A stretch of DNA of 64,000 bases from Octopus vulgaris (taxonomy: Eukaryota). Below, in pieces: positions 27,301 to 40,560 of this stretch; position 1 is the stretch's first letter, and the number at the start of each line of letters is the position of its first letter. Location of the stretch: positions 20,522,001 through 20,586,000 of the forward strand of contig OX597815.1 in NCBI GenBank assembly GCA_951406725.2, written 5' to 3'. The notes beneath the pieces are model-generated. The model was not told where the DNA came from and ran no database searches. It saw only the letters and a program-made list of their open reading frames with translations. Both the position numbers and the translations under genes were made by a program.

Positions 27301-27720
27301 ATACAATATTAGATATATAGATATATACACCAGGGTACCACATGAGTACCTATATCGCTAAAAATAAAAGTAAAAAATATTCCTGTATCACCGAATAGTC
27401 ACAAATCTATTACAGACATGACACGAAAAAATATCAGTGAACAATAATAATGTCTTACCTCTACTGTGTCAGAACAAATAAATGCTGGTCAACTTGGTAC
27501 CGGTTTCGAAATTTAGCGCGAAATAGGTGCCTGATTTCTCATCAGCCAAAGTATGCCAGCTAAATTACTACTAACATTCTCCCCATCATGCCTGTAAGAG
27601 TTCATTTGAAGTGACCAAGCACTATAGGAACAAATGAAATGAGTAAAATTATTTATAAATAAATATAGGGATGGTATTTTTAAAACAACATCACGAGTGG
27701 CAAGCAAATTATCAGCCGTA
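27301..27720 (-). mobile_element. Penelope-like pseudo-LTR with intact-core hammerhead, part of a tandem/inverted duplication
   Basis: Hammerhead at 27493-27551(-); 27301-27440 is repeated at 27741-27791 + 28239-28298; 27437-27506 is inverted at 28298-28366. Confidence 0.7.
27493..27551 (-). ncRNA. Type I hammerhead ribozyme motif (minimal, palindromic stem III)
   Basis: cTTTGG-CTGATGA-GAAAT..21 nt..ATTTC-GAAA-CCGG-TA-CCAAG: intact core, stem I 5 bp, stem II closed by G-C, ACCGGU stem III, GUA cleavage triplet. Confidence 0.78.
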
Positions 27721-27791
27721 CAGGCAAATTAATAACTTATATACATAAATATTAGATATGTACATATACACACAAGGGTACTACATGAATA

Positions 27792-28238
27792 GGATCTTTT
27801 CAGTTTGAACGGCAGTTTTTAACATAATTTCTAGGTAACTAAAAAATTTTAAACTTCGTATACTGGTAGAATGTGTTTATAAAATATCTTTTTCTCTTGG
27901 CTTTAGTGAGAAAATTTTTTTAGTTTGTAAGATATTTGTTGTTTTTTTCTTCAATTTCTGCAATTTCGACCAATCAGTGACATCTATTGAGTTAAAAACA
28001 TTCTGTGCCGTATGAATATGTCCGTCGTTTAAGAAACAGATTGGGTTTATTTACATTTGTGAAGAAGAAAAGATACCCTTCCACCACTCCTAACCCTAAC
28101 TTACTCTAACTAACCCTAACTAACCCTAACCCTAAAATAGATTGAAATGCAATAGATCGATTCTAGGGTCATAATTATGGATGACAATTTCATATGACAC
28201 CGCTAGAAAAAAAACTGCCGTTCAAACCGAAAAGATCC
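27792..28238. mobile_element. MITE with GGATCTTTTC(A/G)GTTTGAACGGCAG TIRs and 8-bp TSD
   Basis: TSD CATGAATA at 27784-27791 and 28239-28246; internal CCCTAA repeats; second copy at 59066. Confidence 0.93.
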
Positions 28239-28366
28239 CATGAATACCTATATCGTCACAAATCTATTACAGACATGATAGGAAAAAATATCAATGAAAA
28301 CCGGTAGCAAGTTGACGAGAATTTACTTGTTCTGACCCAGTAGAGGTAAGACATTATATTGTTCAC

Positions 28367-28862
28367 TCATCACGAATCCGTGAAATTGTCTGGCATGTTC
28401 GAAGTTGTGTTCCGGACTCACGCATCCATTGCCTTTGAACTTCAAAAACATTCTCAAATTTGAAGTACCACTTTAAAATGATCTTAAGTTCCTTAAACGA
28501 CGACATTTTTGCCATTTTGTCACAGTTGTTCACAATAGTATGAAGTCATAAAAAATTTTCCAGTTTTTTTCTAAGTTTCAAAATAATGCCTAATGACTAT
28601 TTCATACATCAACAATTGGTCGAGTACAACCAAACATTTTCAGTATAACACCATACCAACAGTAAAAATTACGGTATATTTTTCATTAAAATAATTTTTT
28701 TTTACAGTCAATCACATTGAAAAAGCATCCTCTCCACACCGAAGGAAACAAAAGTTAAAGGTAACTTGTATCAATCCCGTAATGTCTGAATAAATTTAAA
28801 TTCAAAATATTTCTACACCATTTTCTCTCTCTAAAGTGTGTATATTTTTTTGGCGGACTCTA
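28367..28862 (-). mobile_element. 5' fragment of Tc1/mariner-superfamily element (DUF4817-type N-terminal HTH)
   Basis: TIR-like TAtagagtccgccaaaaaaatatacac; ORF from 28515 MAKMSSFKELKIILKWYFKFENVFEVQRQWMRESGTQLRTCQTISRIRDE. Confidence 0.7.
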
Positions 28863-28977
28863 TATATATGAAAATGTCCTGATTTTAAATATGTTATGTG
28901 TGTGTGTGTGTCAATAGCATGGTATATTATATGTATATGCATAATATAGTATATTAAAATTCTTATAAATTCATGTG

Positions 28978-29126
<149 letters not shown>

Positions 29127-29262
29127 AATATATATATATAATTATATACATATATATATGTATATATACGTATATATATATATATGTATATATATATGTA
29201 TGTATACACTTAAACACACACACGCACACACACATACACACATACATACATACATACATACA

Positions 29263-29323
<61 letters not shown>

Positions 29324-29618
29324 TTTTATATATATATAGATATAGATATTCTTTCCGATATACATTATGCATACAGCGACACTCAGCGACACTCAGACAC
29401 ACATACACACAAATATACAGAATGATATGTGTGTGTGTACGTCTTTTGTCGTCCCCCATATCATATCTTTATTGATTTATATGGATGTGTAGGAGAGGGG
29501 ACGGCTTCGCATTATTCATTCCTCTGTCACATGAATGAACGAGCGACAGATAGACGAGTATTCTTCGATGCCAAGTATCCAGCTCCACTTGGCTGTTTAA
29601 CTGTGCGAGAAAATGGAA

Positions 29619-29626
29619 TGACGTCA
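29619..29626. promoter_or_regulatory. Perfect CRE palindrome TGACGTCA in a unique CpG-retaining island
   Basis: Motif match only; function is untested. Confidence 0.25.
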
Positions 29627-30197
29627 AGATGCTAACCGCTTGGTCACACAAACTTAGCCGTTTCGAAGTGAGAACAGGCTCTTCCATTCCTTATAAACGA
29701 GCAATTTGAATAAAGCCTTCTCAGATAATACAACCTCCGTACCCACCACCATTTTGTTTCTTCTTCTTCTTTCCGCTTGTTGTTGTTGTTGTTGTTGTTG
29801 TTTTTTTTGTTTTTTTCTTCTTCTTCTTCTTCTTCTTCTTCTTCTTCTTCTTCTTCTTCTTCTTCTTCTTCTTCTTCTTCTTCTTCTTCTTCTTCTGCTT
29901 CTTCTTCTATTTTACGATTATTTATTTCTGGATTTTATTTTTTTATTTCTAATTTTTTTCTTTTTATTATCTTCTTTTGTTTTTGTTTTTGTTCAAAAGC
30001 ACTTTTTGTCACCATTTTTTGACAACAGATGTAAGACCAGTGAAGCGAATGGTCATATTCTGACAGCATGTGACAAGTCTGAGTGCTGCTAGTTAACCAA
30101 AGAGACGACGTAGGAATCAATCAATACCATTCCTGGGAATACATCAAAATCAAATAGGAAAGAAACTAATCTAATTAAAGTGGTGCTAAGTAAATTT

Positions 30198-30279
<82 letters not shown>

Positions 30280-30614
30280 TATATATATGTATATATTCTT
30301 ATTAATTGTTTCTAATGTTGGTACAAGGCCAGTAATTTTGCGAGCTGAGTGTTAGTCGATTACATCGACGCGAGCATTTGACTGGTACTTTATTTTGCTG
30401 ACCCTGAAAGAATGAACAGTAAAATTGGCCTCGGCGGGATGCGAAACTACCGTGCAGAGAATCGGCAAGATGCTATAATTGACTCAACCGCTCTATGGCT
30501 CGAAGACGGATTCGAAACCGCTAAAATCAAATTTCAGCGCACTACGAAACATGAAAGTCTGACATTTTACTGATGGATGCATGTGGACGGACATAAATAG
30601 TAATGATAATGATG

Positions 30615-30678
<64 letters not shown>

Positions 30679-30714
30679 TAATAATAATAAGAAGAAGAAC
30701 AACAATAATAATAA

Positions 30715-30906
30715 TCCTTTCTACAATAGGCACAGGGCTTGAAATTTGGGGCGAGGGGTTGAGTCGATTACATTGACCCCTGTACTCAACTGGTACTTAA
30801 TTTATCGCCCGGAAAAAGAAAAGGAACAGTCGGCTTCGGCGGAATTTGAACTCAGAACGTAGCGATGCATTTCATCCAGCGTGCTAACGATTCTGCCAGC
30901 TCGCCG
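30715..30906 (-). mobile_element. SINE family A variant
   Basis: Reverse complement of the GGCGAGCTGGCAGAATCG head plus B-box; alternative tail. Confidence 0.8.
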
Positions 30907-30907
30907 T

Positions 30908-30971
<64 letters not shown>

Positions 30972-31070
30972 GTAATAATAATAATAATAGTAATAATAAT
31001 AATAGTAATAATAATAATAGTAATAATAATAATAGTAATAATAATAATAGTAATAATAATAATAGTAATG

Positions 31071-31792
<722 letters not shown>

Positions 31793-31832
31793 CATATGTT
31801 CATGTATTTGTGTGTGTGTGTGTGTATATATA

Positions 31833-32085
31833 TGTTATCATATACATTGTTTTGTCTTGGTATAAAAGATGGGCTACAGCAAATGCTCTGCTCAATACCA
31901 CAGATTTGCTTGTCAGTTGTTTGACCTTAACCAGTGGAGCATGACCCTTAGTGGCTGACGATATGTGCATCTCAGATCACGAGCAGAAGTAGTGAAGGAG
32001 CTTCATAGCCATGTGTTGAGAGTGATTCTTTGGGGTTTGAATAATTCACCTCTGGAAACATGGGTGTTTCGTTCAACATCCTTAA
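31833..32085 (+). mobile_element. Family D internal fragment
   Basis: Matches ~31237-31490. Confidence 0.85.
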
Positions 32086-32900
32086 AATAAAATAAAGATC
32101 AATGCATCACCAACAGCAGAAGTGGAAAAAGTTTGGAAAGAAATATAGTCGGCGAAGGAACAACCTCAGAAAAGATCTATCACAGCAACGAACACAGCAC
32201 CAAAACAACTCTGGACCCCTATAACTACTGAAGAGGTCATCTATGCACTGCAAAAACTAAGTAATTGGAAAGCACCCGGGCACGACAAAATCCACAATTT
32301 CTGGTTGAAATACCTAACTAGCAAAGCCAGAGACAATGTCTGAATGGCTCACGGAAGGAAAAACTATCATAATTCCCAAATCCACTGGAATGGTAAATCC
32401 ACAAAATTACAGACTTGTCTCCCTAGAATTTACAAAGGCTTTAATGCAACAATATCGCTGAGAATGAGCAAACATTTGGAAGAAAACAACCTGTTTCCAG
32501 AAGAGCAGAAGCGCTGCTGCAAGGATTCATACAGCTGTAAAGATCAACTAATGATCAATAAAGCCATAACTGAAGACAGCCGCAGAAAGAAGGGTCTAAG
32601 TATGCCCTGGATCGATTACCGAAAGGCTTTTAATAGTACTCCCCACACATGGATCCTAGAAGCACTAGCCATGAACAAGGTAGTACCAATACTCATTAGA
32701 TATATAAAACATTCCATGAATAAATGGCAGACAGTGTTACAGCTCTAGACAAAAGAGGGACTCATAAAAACTAAAGCCTTCTCCATTAGAAGAGGAATAT
32801 TCCAGGGAGACACGCTCTCTCCACTCCTTTTCTGCTTGGCACTGACACCCTTATCTGACATGCTAAACAGAACTGGATGTGGATACAACTGTTATGGCTG
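32086..32900 (+). mobile_element. R4/Dong-clade LINE reverse-transcriptase relic
   Basis: NWKAPGHDKIHNFWLKYL, EEQKRCCKDSYSCKDQLMINK, WIDYRKAFNSTPHTWI, IRRGIFQGDTLSPLLFCLAL. Confidence 0.88.
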
Positions 32901-32919
32901 GAAACATTAGAAATTATAA

Positions 32920-35790
32920 TGATGATAATGTGTCAGACCAAGCAGTGATGTTGAGAAATGATGAGGAGGAAGATCTCGTTGTATATTGTATTTGTCTTAT
33001 TGTGTTGGTTTGGAGGAACCGTTTAGCAAGCTTCCGGTGTTGGTGAATGTTTGCTATAATTTGGTTTAAAAGAAGCATACTAATGATCAGGTCGTCTGCG
33101 ACTAAACCGGCATATCCACCGAGCGTGGTTGATGAGGAGGTTGATATTTGGACAAACTGCAGGAAAAACATGGCTCGTCAAAGGACGGATGAACTCAAGG
33201 AAGCCCGCCAACAGTGTATACGAGTGTAGGTGTGGATTCTCTGAGCCTTCGTAGGCAACCCACCTAATGATGGTTTCACGATAAAAATACTAGTGATTGC
33301 ATAATCTTACAAATGTTGCCTCAAAGTGTGTGATGTTAAATTCAAATAATAATTATAACTGTGTTAACGTGACCGTAACCTTTAGATGTAAGGGTCGCTC
33401 ACGGCAGGCATGGAGCCTCTGAATAAGCTTCGGCAGGTCGTCATTAAGTCATTGACCAGGACCAGAATCGAAGTCAAAAGTGCAGAGGGATGATAATAAA
33501 ATGGAAAAAAAAAGATGTAAGCAAGATCGTGATTAAATGTTGGCTGAGAAGTAACTCAACTAAAAAAAAGTGTCATGAGACAAATGAAGAGAATTTGCGA
33601 TGAAAAGAGTTTTTGAAGCCTGCGCCAAACGTTTGATAGACAATTTGTATAAATGACTGGAGTACAGGATTAGAGAGTGAGAAACTTCAGAGAAAAATTA
33701 AAAAATGAACAGGAAATATGTGAAACAACAGTAGCATAAATGGGCAATGAAAGAATAAGGGATACAGAAAATGTAAAGTAAGGAAATTACTTTGTGTTTG
33801 AGAATACTGATGAAGTAAATATTGATGATCTAGCTGGACAAGTGACAGTAAATGTTGCACAATACTTGAACGATGAAGAGGAAGAGATTCTAGAAATGCT
33901 GCGAGGGAAAATGTGTGGTGTGAATAATGAAGGTTTATGGACCAAATGTAAGGTATATGAACAGAGGAAAAGTAAGGAGAGCAGCAGGCAAAATAATTGG
34001 TGTTTGGAGCTAGGTTAAAACAGAAAATATTAGTGAAACAAACCAGCTAATCATAACTGCTGCAAATGTTGTAGCTGACAGGACAGGACACAAGTGAAAG
34101 ATTATCGAAGAAAAGAAGGGGTATGAAAAGAAAGATCCAAACTGGAGAAAGAAAATACGAAAGAAGTTGGAAAAGACACGAAAAAAAATGGAGCAATTGA
34201 ATAGAATTGAAATGAGAGAACTCAAGAATGAGATAGTAATCAGAAAATTTAATGGACAGTACAGGTTAGAAGAAAGGGAAAAGCAAACTGAATATGAAGA
34301 ATTGTCACAAAGTGACAGCCCTAAAGGCCAAATTGGAGATATATGATGCTAGATGCAAAGGTTTTGAAGAGATAGGTTGTTTCAATCAAACACAAAACAT
34401 CTCTTTGAGAAAATAGAGGGGGAATAACATCAAGAAGTGATTCCTGTTGCGGAAGAAGTAGTCTTTTCGGAAAAACGTTGGAACAAAAGAAAGTGCAAAG
34501 TGGCTAATACACGTGGAGAGACAACTTGGAAGTGTATCAAGACAAAAGGATGCTAGAATTGATTTGTATTCAGTGAGACTGAAGTTAAAAAATATCGAAT
34601 TGGAAAGGATCTGGCCCGGTTGGAGTACAAGGTTATTAGCTGAAGAATTTTACACTGTTACATGAAAGCATCGCTGCACACCTGGATGAATGCATGAAAA
34701 GTGGGAAAATTTTTTTATGTCTCAAGGACCTCTTTAAGGCAAATTCGTATCAAATTTTCGACCTATAACCTGTTTACCACTTATGTGGTAGCTTAGCGAA
34801 AAAATTATATAATCATTTGGAAAGTAACAACCTACTTCTTGTAGAATAGGAAGGATACAGAAAACAATGTAGAGCAACAAAAGACCATTTATTAGCTGAT
34901 AAAATGATAATTAGATATTGTAGACGTAGATTGATGGGTTTAATATAGCATGATTGGATTATAGGAAAGCATATGACATGGTGGATGGAAGCACTCCGTC
35001 GGTTACGACGACGAGGGTTCCGGTTGATCCGAATCAACGGAACAGCCTGCTCGTGAAATTAACGTGTAAGTGGCTGAGCACTCCACAGACACGTGCACAC
35101 TTAACGTAGTTCTCGGGGATATTCAGCGTGACACAGAGAGTGACAAGGCCCGGCCCTTTGAAATACAGGTACAACAGAAACAGGAAGTAAGAGTGAGAGA
35201 AAGTTGTGGTGAAAGAGTACAGCATGGATCACCACCATCCCCTGCCGGAGCCTCGTGGAGCTTTTAGGTGTTTTCGCTCAATAAACACTCACAACGCCCG
35301 GTCTGGGAATCGAAACCGCGATCCTATGACCGCGAGTCCGCTGCCCTAACCACTGGGCCATTGCGCCTCCACTATATGACATGGTACCGCTCAGTTGGAT
35401 AAGTAAAACAATGATCTTGTTTGGAGTGGCAGAAAATATGGAGAAAATGGTTAACGAAAGTATGAAACATTGGAATACTGAATTGATTGGAGAAAACAAA
35501 ACCTGGGAAAGTGATCAGACGTGGTATTTCAAAGCGATAGCTTATCGCCATTACTATTTATATTGCCATGATACCACTCAGTTTGATATTACGAGAAGTG
35601 AAAATAGCTTATGATTTGGGAAAAGGATATGGTCAAATAAATCATCTCCTTTTTATGGATGACATAAAGCTTTGTGCGAAAATGAGAAGCAGCTTCAAAG
35701 TCTTTATACGTACAGTTCGCATTTTCTCAAATGGTGTATCTATGCAATTTGGGATTGAAAAGTGCTCTATATTGAAAAATGAAGCAATGC
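32920..35790 (+). mobile_element. Old, heavily decayed R4/Dong-clade LINE (putative 5'UTR, N-terminus, RT), interrupted by a SINE
   Basis: ETNQLIITAA, KDPNWRKK, NWKGSGP.GVQGY, FRPITCLP, LDYRKAYD|MVPLSWI, INHLLFMDDIKL, MQFGIEKC; the 5' boundary is uncertain. Confidence 0.8.
34983..35370 (-). mobile_element. SINE family C, full length, 12-bp TSD
   Basis: Head GGAGGCGCAATGGCCCAGTGG, B-box GTTTCGATTCCC; TSD ATATGACATGGT at 34971-34982 and 35374-35385. Confidence 0.93.
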
Positions 35791-36221
35791 GATACGTAAA
35801 TGGATCTAAGAAACAAACTATGTGTAGCTGAAAGATCGCACATTCTTTTTTAAATCCAAGAATTCCACCACTCTATTTAATTCTAGATCTGAAAATTTTC
35901 AGCAAATGCAAGTATATGGGAACATTTCATTTGTTGAAATCGAAACCGAGGATATCACCTTCACTGGATTGAGTGGATCTCTTGCAGACTTTTGACACCT
36001 CTCCGTTGAATTATTCTAAAACTAGAATATAACTAGATTAATTATGACTACTACGGTGAAAGGGGACATAACTCTAATTTTCTTTCTTTTCTTTCCTTTC
36101 GTTTTCCGTTTTTATTCGTCCTTTGTCTTCCCATTCTACATTTTGCATCAACATTCTCGTTTTTTCTCGTAGTTTCTCGTGTTCCAGTGTTCTGGTATTC
36201 AAATAGTACAAACCACGTGTC

Positions 36222-36310
36222 AGAGGCCGAAGATTGCTTTGAGACGCAAGGCACAGTATAAAAACCTACCTAACAAGGTGCCTTAATGGCAAGAAACTAC
36301 GAGTAGCTCT
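36222..36310 (+). ncRNA. Degenerate hammerhead motif in a probable Penelope pseudo-LTR
   Basis: AGAGg-CCGAAGA-TTGCT...GGCAA-GAAA-CTacgAG-TA-gCTCT; one core substitution (U4C). Confidence 0.55.
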
Positions 36311-36422
36311 TATGTTAATACAGTGTATATTTAACGATATTTATCTCTCACTGGATGGCTTACTTTATGTTGATCTTGCCTAAACGGAATTTAAACTATA
36401 TACATACATATCTTCATGTACA

Positions 36423-36458
<36 letters not shown>

Positions 36459-36481
36459 TATATGTATATGTGTGTGCGTGC

Positions 36482-36532
<51 letters not shown>

Positions 36533-36731
36533 TACATGCACACACACAGATATGTTCACAATTACACTGTTTCTCTCTTCTGGGAATGGGTATAATTTGT
36601 GTATAATTCCACTTATTTTTTTAAAACTATTTCTCCATTAATTATATTCCTGTTTCTTGTTAGGATATTACACTCATTGTTCTGTTCTATTCGTGGTCCA
36701 GTTTGCAGTTTGCAGAAATATGAAAAAGCTA

Positions 36732-36783
<52 letters not shown>

Positions 36784-38201
36784 AAAACTTAGAAGAGAGA
36801 AATTGATATATGAGAAGAAGAAAATGGGCGATAGCAAATAATGCAATCAGAAAAAAAAAGCAAATGTAGAACGACATCGACATCACAAACTATAAACTCG
36901 TTAAGGAATTACTAATAAACAAAGCGAGATAATTTATGCTAGCAATAGTAGTATTAGATTTTAGTCGAAATAGTAAATAACTCTAGAAAGATAAGAAAGA
37001 GCATATTTATTTAGACTGAAAATGACCCCTGCCACACATAGTAAAAATTACTTCAAGTAAAAATTACTTCAAGTAAAAATTACTTTAAAACTAAATAGAT
37101 AAAAGTAAATTATAAAATAATGAATAATATTTCGGACATGAGAAGTGGAAATCTCAAACTTAATTTCGTAATGATTGACAAAAGATGTAAAAGAAGCATT
37201 TCTGAAATCTTTATAATCATTCTAAAAGAGAAATTAAGTCAATAATTTCGACAAAGATTGGCTACTGTCAAAATTGCTATTCGTGTTTATCTTCAGATCA
37301 GTTTTCATCGAACAGACTTATAAGCAACCAAACAGAAGCTTCATGGTTTATGCTTTGTTACTTAAGTAATTCGGGGAAAATATGAGTAAAAGGTGTATCT
37401 GGAGAAATCTAGATGTGAACTTGTAAAAGCATCGAGAAGTAAAGCATTATACTAAGACTATTCTCTACGGGATCGCTTAGCTTGTTAAGAATAATAGTCG
37501 AATTCTCAAAAATTATACTCTATCATCTTAAATAAGGGAAAGACATACTGGGAAAATATAATTCTACAATTACAATAACCATAAAAGTAGAAACAGTCAC
37601 GGATGGAAAGTTGGTGTTAAGCAACAATAACATTAATGTTTTGCAGTATTTTGATTCGTTCTTGTAACTTTCTGGTCCAATCAAAACCAACGTGGAGCTA
37701 AGCAATCACTACTGCAAATATTCTTAAGTACACTTTCTCTGCACCAGTTTTCGTTCTATATATTACAACTATGCTTTTGATTTCTTGAAAAATCCGGCAT
37801 TTTCGAATTTATTTCGTCTTTAGAAACTCAAATGTTGATTATTCAATTTACATAAACATTATTACATGTAAGATGCATTTCGCATTTGTATGTCACCACA
37901 AAGAAATGCTAAAGAATAACAAACTTTAGATTAATATTGACTTGCTAAAGTTACACTTGGTTGATGTAGAGTTTATTTGGTGATTGTTTTCAAAGCAACA
38001 TTAATTTCTTGATGACTAAAACTTCTTCTTCTAGATAGTATTTGCATTAATGACCGCGATTTAAAGATGTCTTCTAAATGGAGACAAGTGAACACGTTTT
38101 ACTCTGATTAAGGTAATGATTCGAATAAAATTGATTGTGAAAATTTAAAATTGGAAATAAATTTAATAATAATCATAATTATGATGATGATGATAATGAT
38201 A

Positions 38202-38243
<42 letters not shown>

Positions 38244-38274
38244 GTGATGATAATAATAATAATAAATGTACGTT

Positions 38275-38371
<97 letters not shown>

Positions 38372-39286
38372 ATTCCTTTGATCACCTGCTTTTAAATCAT
38401 TCTTTATCCAATCAATACATTTAACTCTACTGTTCATATTTATTGAGGCTTTCGTTTCAAACCACTGGCTTGCAATCTACTGACAGACAGTGATTAAAAA
38501 ATAAATAAATTCTAATTATGCTAAAATTATTGTGATTCAAACCACTTTATTTTTATTTAGATTATTTCGATAATACCCTTTCGAAAGGACAAAATAATTT
38601 TTAGTGATTCACTCAGCATTTTAGGAGCCTGAGATTAAGATAAATCATATAAGACTGGCGTTCATATATTAGTTCTTTAAAGTGTGCTAATGAGATTTGT
38701 CATGGTCGAAAAAAAAAAATGCTTTTTTGATTACAAATCTTAATCTCTTCTTCATTTTCTGCTGTCACTAGTCGAACGAACGTTAAAGAATTAGTGAAGA
38801 AGATGGAATTCAAGAATTATAATCAAAGTTAATATCATTAAGAAGTTGCATGTCTTGTTAAGTAGTTCACAATTTAATACATGCAGTCTCTTGAATCAGG
38901 CTAACAAACCTCAATGTTCTTGAAACAGAGTCGGCGTACCCATCCAAGTGATTGAAATTTTCAGTCATTTTTAGCCGAGGAAAATTACAAGATATAAAAA
39001 TTTTTAACATTGACACAAAAGCAAAATTTGCAGTGAATGGCTAGACAATATTGAATCAACCCCATTCGATGCTTGACGTTCATTTTACATTTTCGATTGC
39101 GGAGACGTAAAGAGTTAATTTGACATTGGTGTGAATTGCACGCAAAATGGAGGAAATCGAAACTAAGTACTGTAAGGTACCCTTTCTGCCACTCCACTGC
39201 TTGGATAACCAGATAATATAACAAGAGACAATTAGGTACATCCCTAAAAAAAAATTCACGACAGGCTTTAAGCTACTGGTAAGTAA

Positions 39287-39506
39287 GGCGGCGAGCTGGC
39301 AGAATCCGGGCGAATGCTTAGCAGTATTTCGTGTGCCGCTGCGTTCTGAGTTCAAATTCCGCCGAGGTCAACTTTGCCTTTCATTCTTTCGGGGTCGATT
39401 AAATAAGTACCAGTTACACACTGGGGTCGATATAATCGACTTAATCCGTTTGTCTGTCCTTGTTTGTCCTCTCTGTGTTTAGCCCCTTGTGGGTAGTAAA
39501 GAAATA
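39287..39506 (+). mobile_element. SINE family A with 9-bp TSD
   Basis: TSD GGTAAGTAA at 39278-39286 and 39507-39515. Confidence 0.92.
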
Positions 39507-39880
39507 GGTAAGTAATGGTTCAAGAAAGGACCGACTAAAACGGAGGTGCGTTTTATTAGCTTGTGAACCTTATAATCCGTCAAATACAGAAGGTAGAAAG
39601 TTTTCCTATTATCCACGTGTCGTTCTCTTCAATAAAACTGTTCATAGATGCTTGTTGGTTTCTATTTCAAAAGTATTACCCATATTGTATGTTGTTACAT
39701 CTTAGATAATCAGCTCTATCTTGTTTTAAAAGCAAACTGTAGACATCTTAGAGAATCATATTTCGTGACTGACAAATATAATTGCAGACAGAAGTCCAAG
39801 GTATTATAATTTGCTTTTCTCATTAATGTTTATATTTTAAGCTTCTGATAATATATACGTATATATATATATATATATAT

Positions 39881-40068
39881 GTAGGTCCCGGGTTGATTCG
39901 GGGTTAACCACAGTAAGTAAGGTACTCAATACATAGCAGAGTAAAATTAATTTATTATATAGAAGGAGCTTCTACAGACTAGTACTGTTTCATTCAAGAG
40001 AAATCTTCAGGAAGCTTCCTGAAGATTTCTCTTGAATGAAACAGTACTAGTCCTGTAGAAGCTCCTTC

Positions 40069-40077
<9 letters not shown>
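39881..40077. mobile_element. Palindromic Penelope-like pseudo-LTR remnant between (TA)n tracts
   Basis: Near-perfect 125-bp palindrome 39953-40077 centred on AAGCTT; AATAAA downstream on the minus strand. Confidence 0.75.
40013..40063 (+). ncRNA. Type I hammerhead ribozyme motif (mirrored on the minus strand)
   Basis: AGCTTC-CTGAAGA-tTTCtcttGAAt-GAAA-CAGtactagtcCTG-TA-GAAGCT. Confidence 0.72.
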
Positions 40078-40151
<74 letters not shown>

Positions 40152-40154
<3 letters not shown>

Positions 40155-40478
40155 TTTACTTGTTTCTGTCATTAGCCCCCGGCCGTGCTGGGGTATCGCT
40201 ATGAACAACTTTAGTCGAACTAATCGACCGCAGCACTCAGTTTTGAAGCCTGGTACTTATTCTGTCGCTCTCTTTTGCCGAATCACTAATATTACAGGGA
40301 CATAAACACACCAACACCGGTTGTCAAACGGTGCTGGGGACAAATACAAAGACACACACAGTACACACATACACACACACACGACTGGTTTCTTTCAGTT
40401 TCCGTCTATCAATTTCACTCACAAGGTTTTGGTCAACCATGTGGTTGAGAATCAACCACACCACCACTCCTGCTCCTT
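40152..40478 (-). mobile_element. Older SINE family B copy with internal deletion
   Basis: Degenerate match to family B. Confidence 0.8.
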
Positions 40479-40560
40479 CAGCCACGCCCGCGCCTTCAGC
40501 CGCGCTTGCGCCATCAGCTACGCCTGCGCCTTCAGCTACGCCTGCGCCTTCAGCAACGCC
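40462..40560. repeat. 18-bp GC-rich tandem repeat, ~5.5 units (CAGCTACGCCTGCGCCTT)
   Basis: Read directly; the unit resembles the family B SINE terminus CAGCCACTCCTGCGCC. Confidence 0.85.

Noticed and set aside
28088-28114. Telomere or chromosome-fusion relic
   Set aside because: The CCCTAA units are internal to a MITE with intact TIRs and TSD.
33195-33275. Possible HDV-like ribozyme in the R4/Dong 5' region
   Set aside because: A P4-like hairpin and CTAA are visible, but P1, P3 and L3 could not be assigned.
35290-35370. tRNA gene
   Set aside because: It has A/B boxes but continues into a SINE body with TSDs; no complete cloverleaf.
40462-40560. PAPSAT peptide repeat or CRISPR-like array
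   Set aside because: The units are contiguous with no spacers, derive from a SINE terminus, and no cas genes are present in this eukaryotic context.
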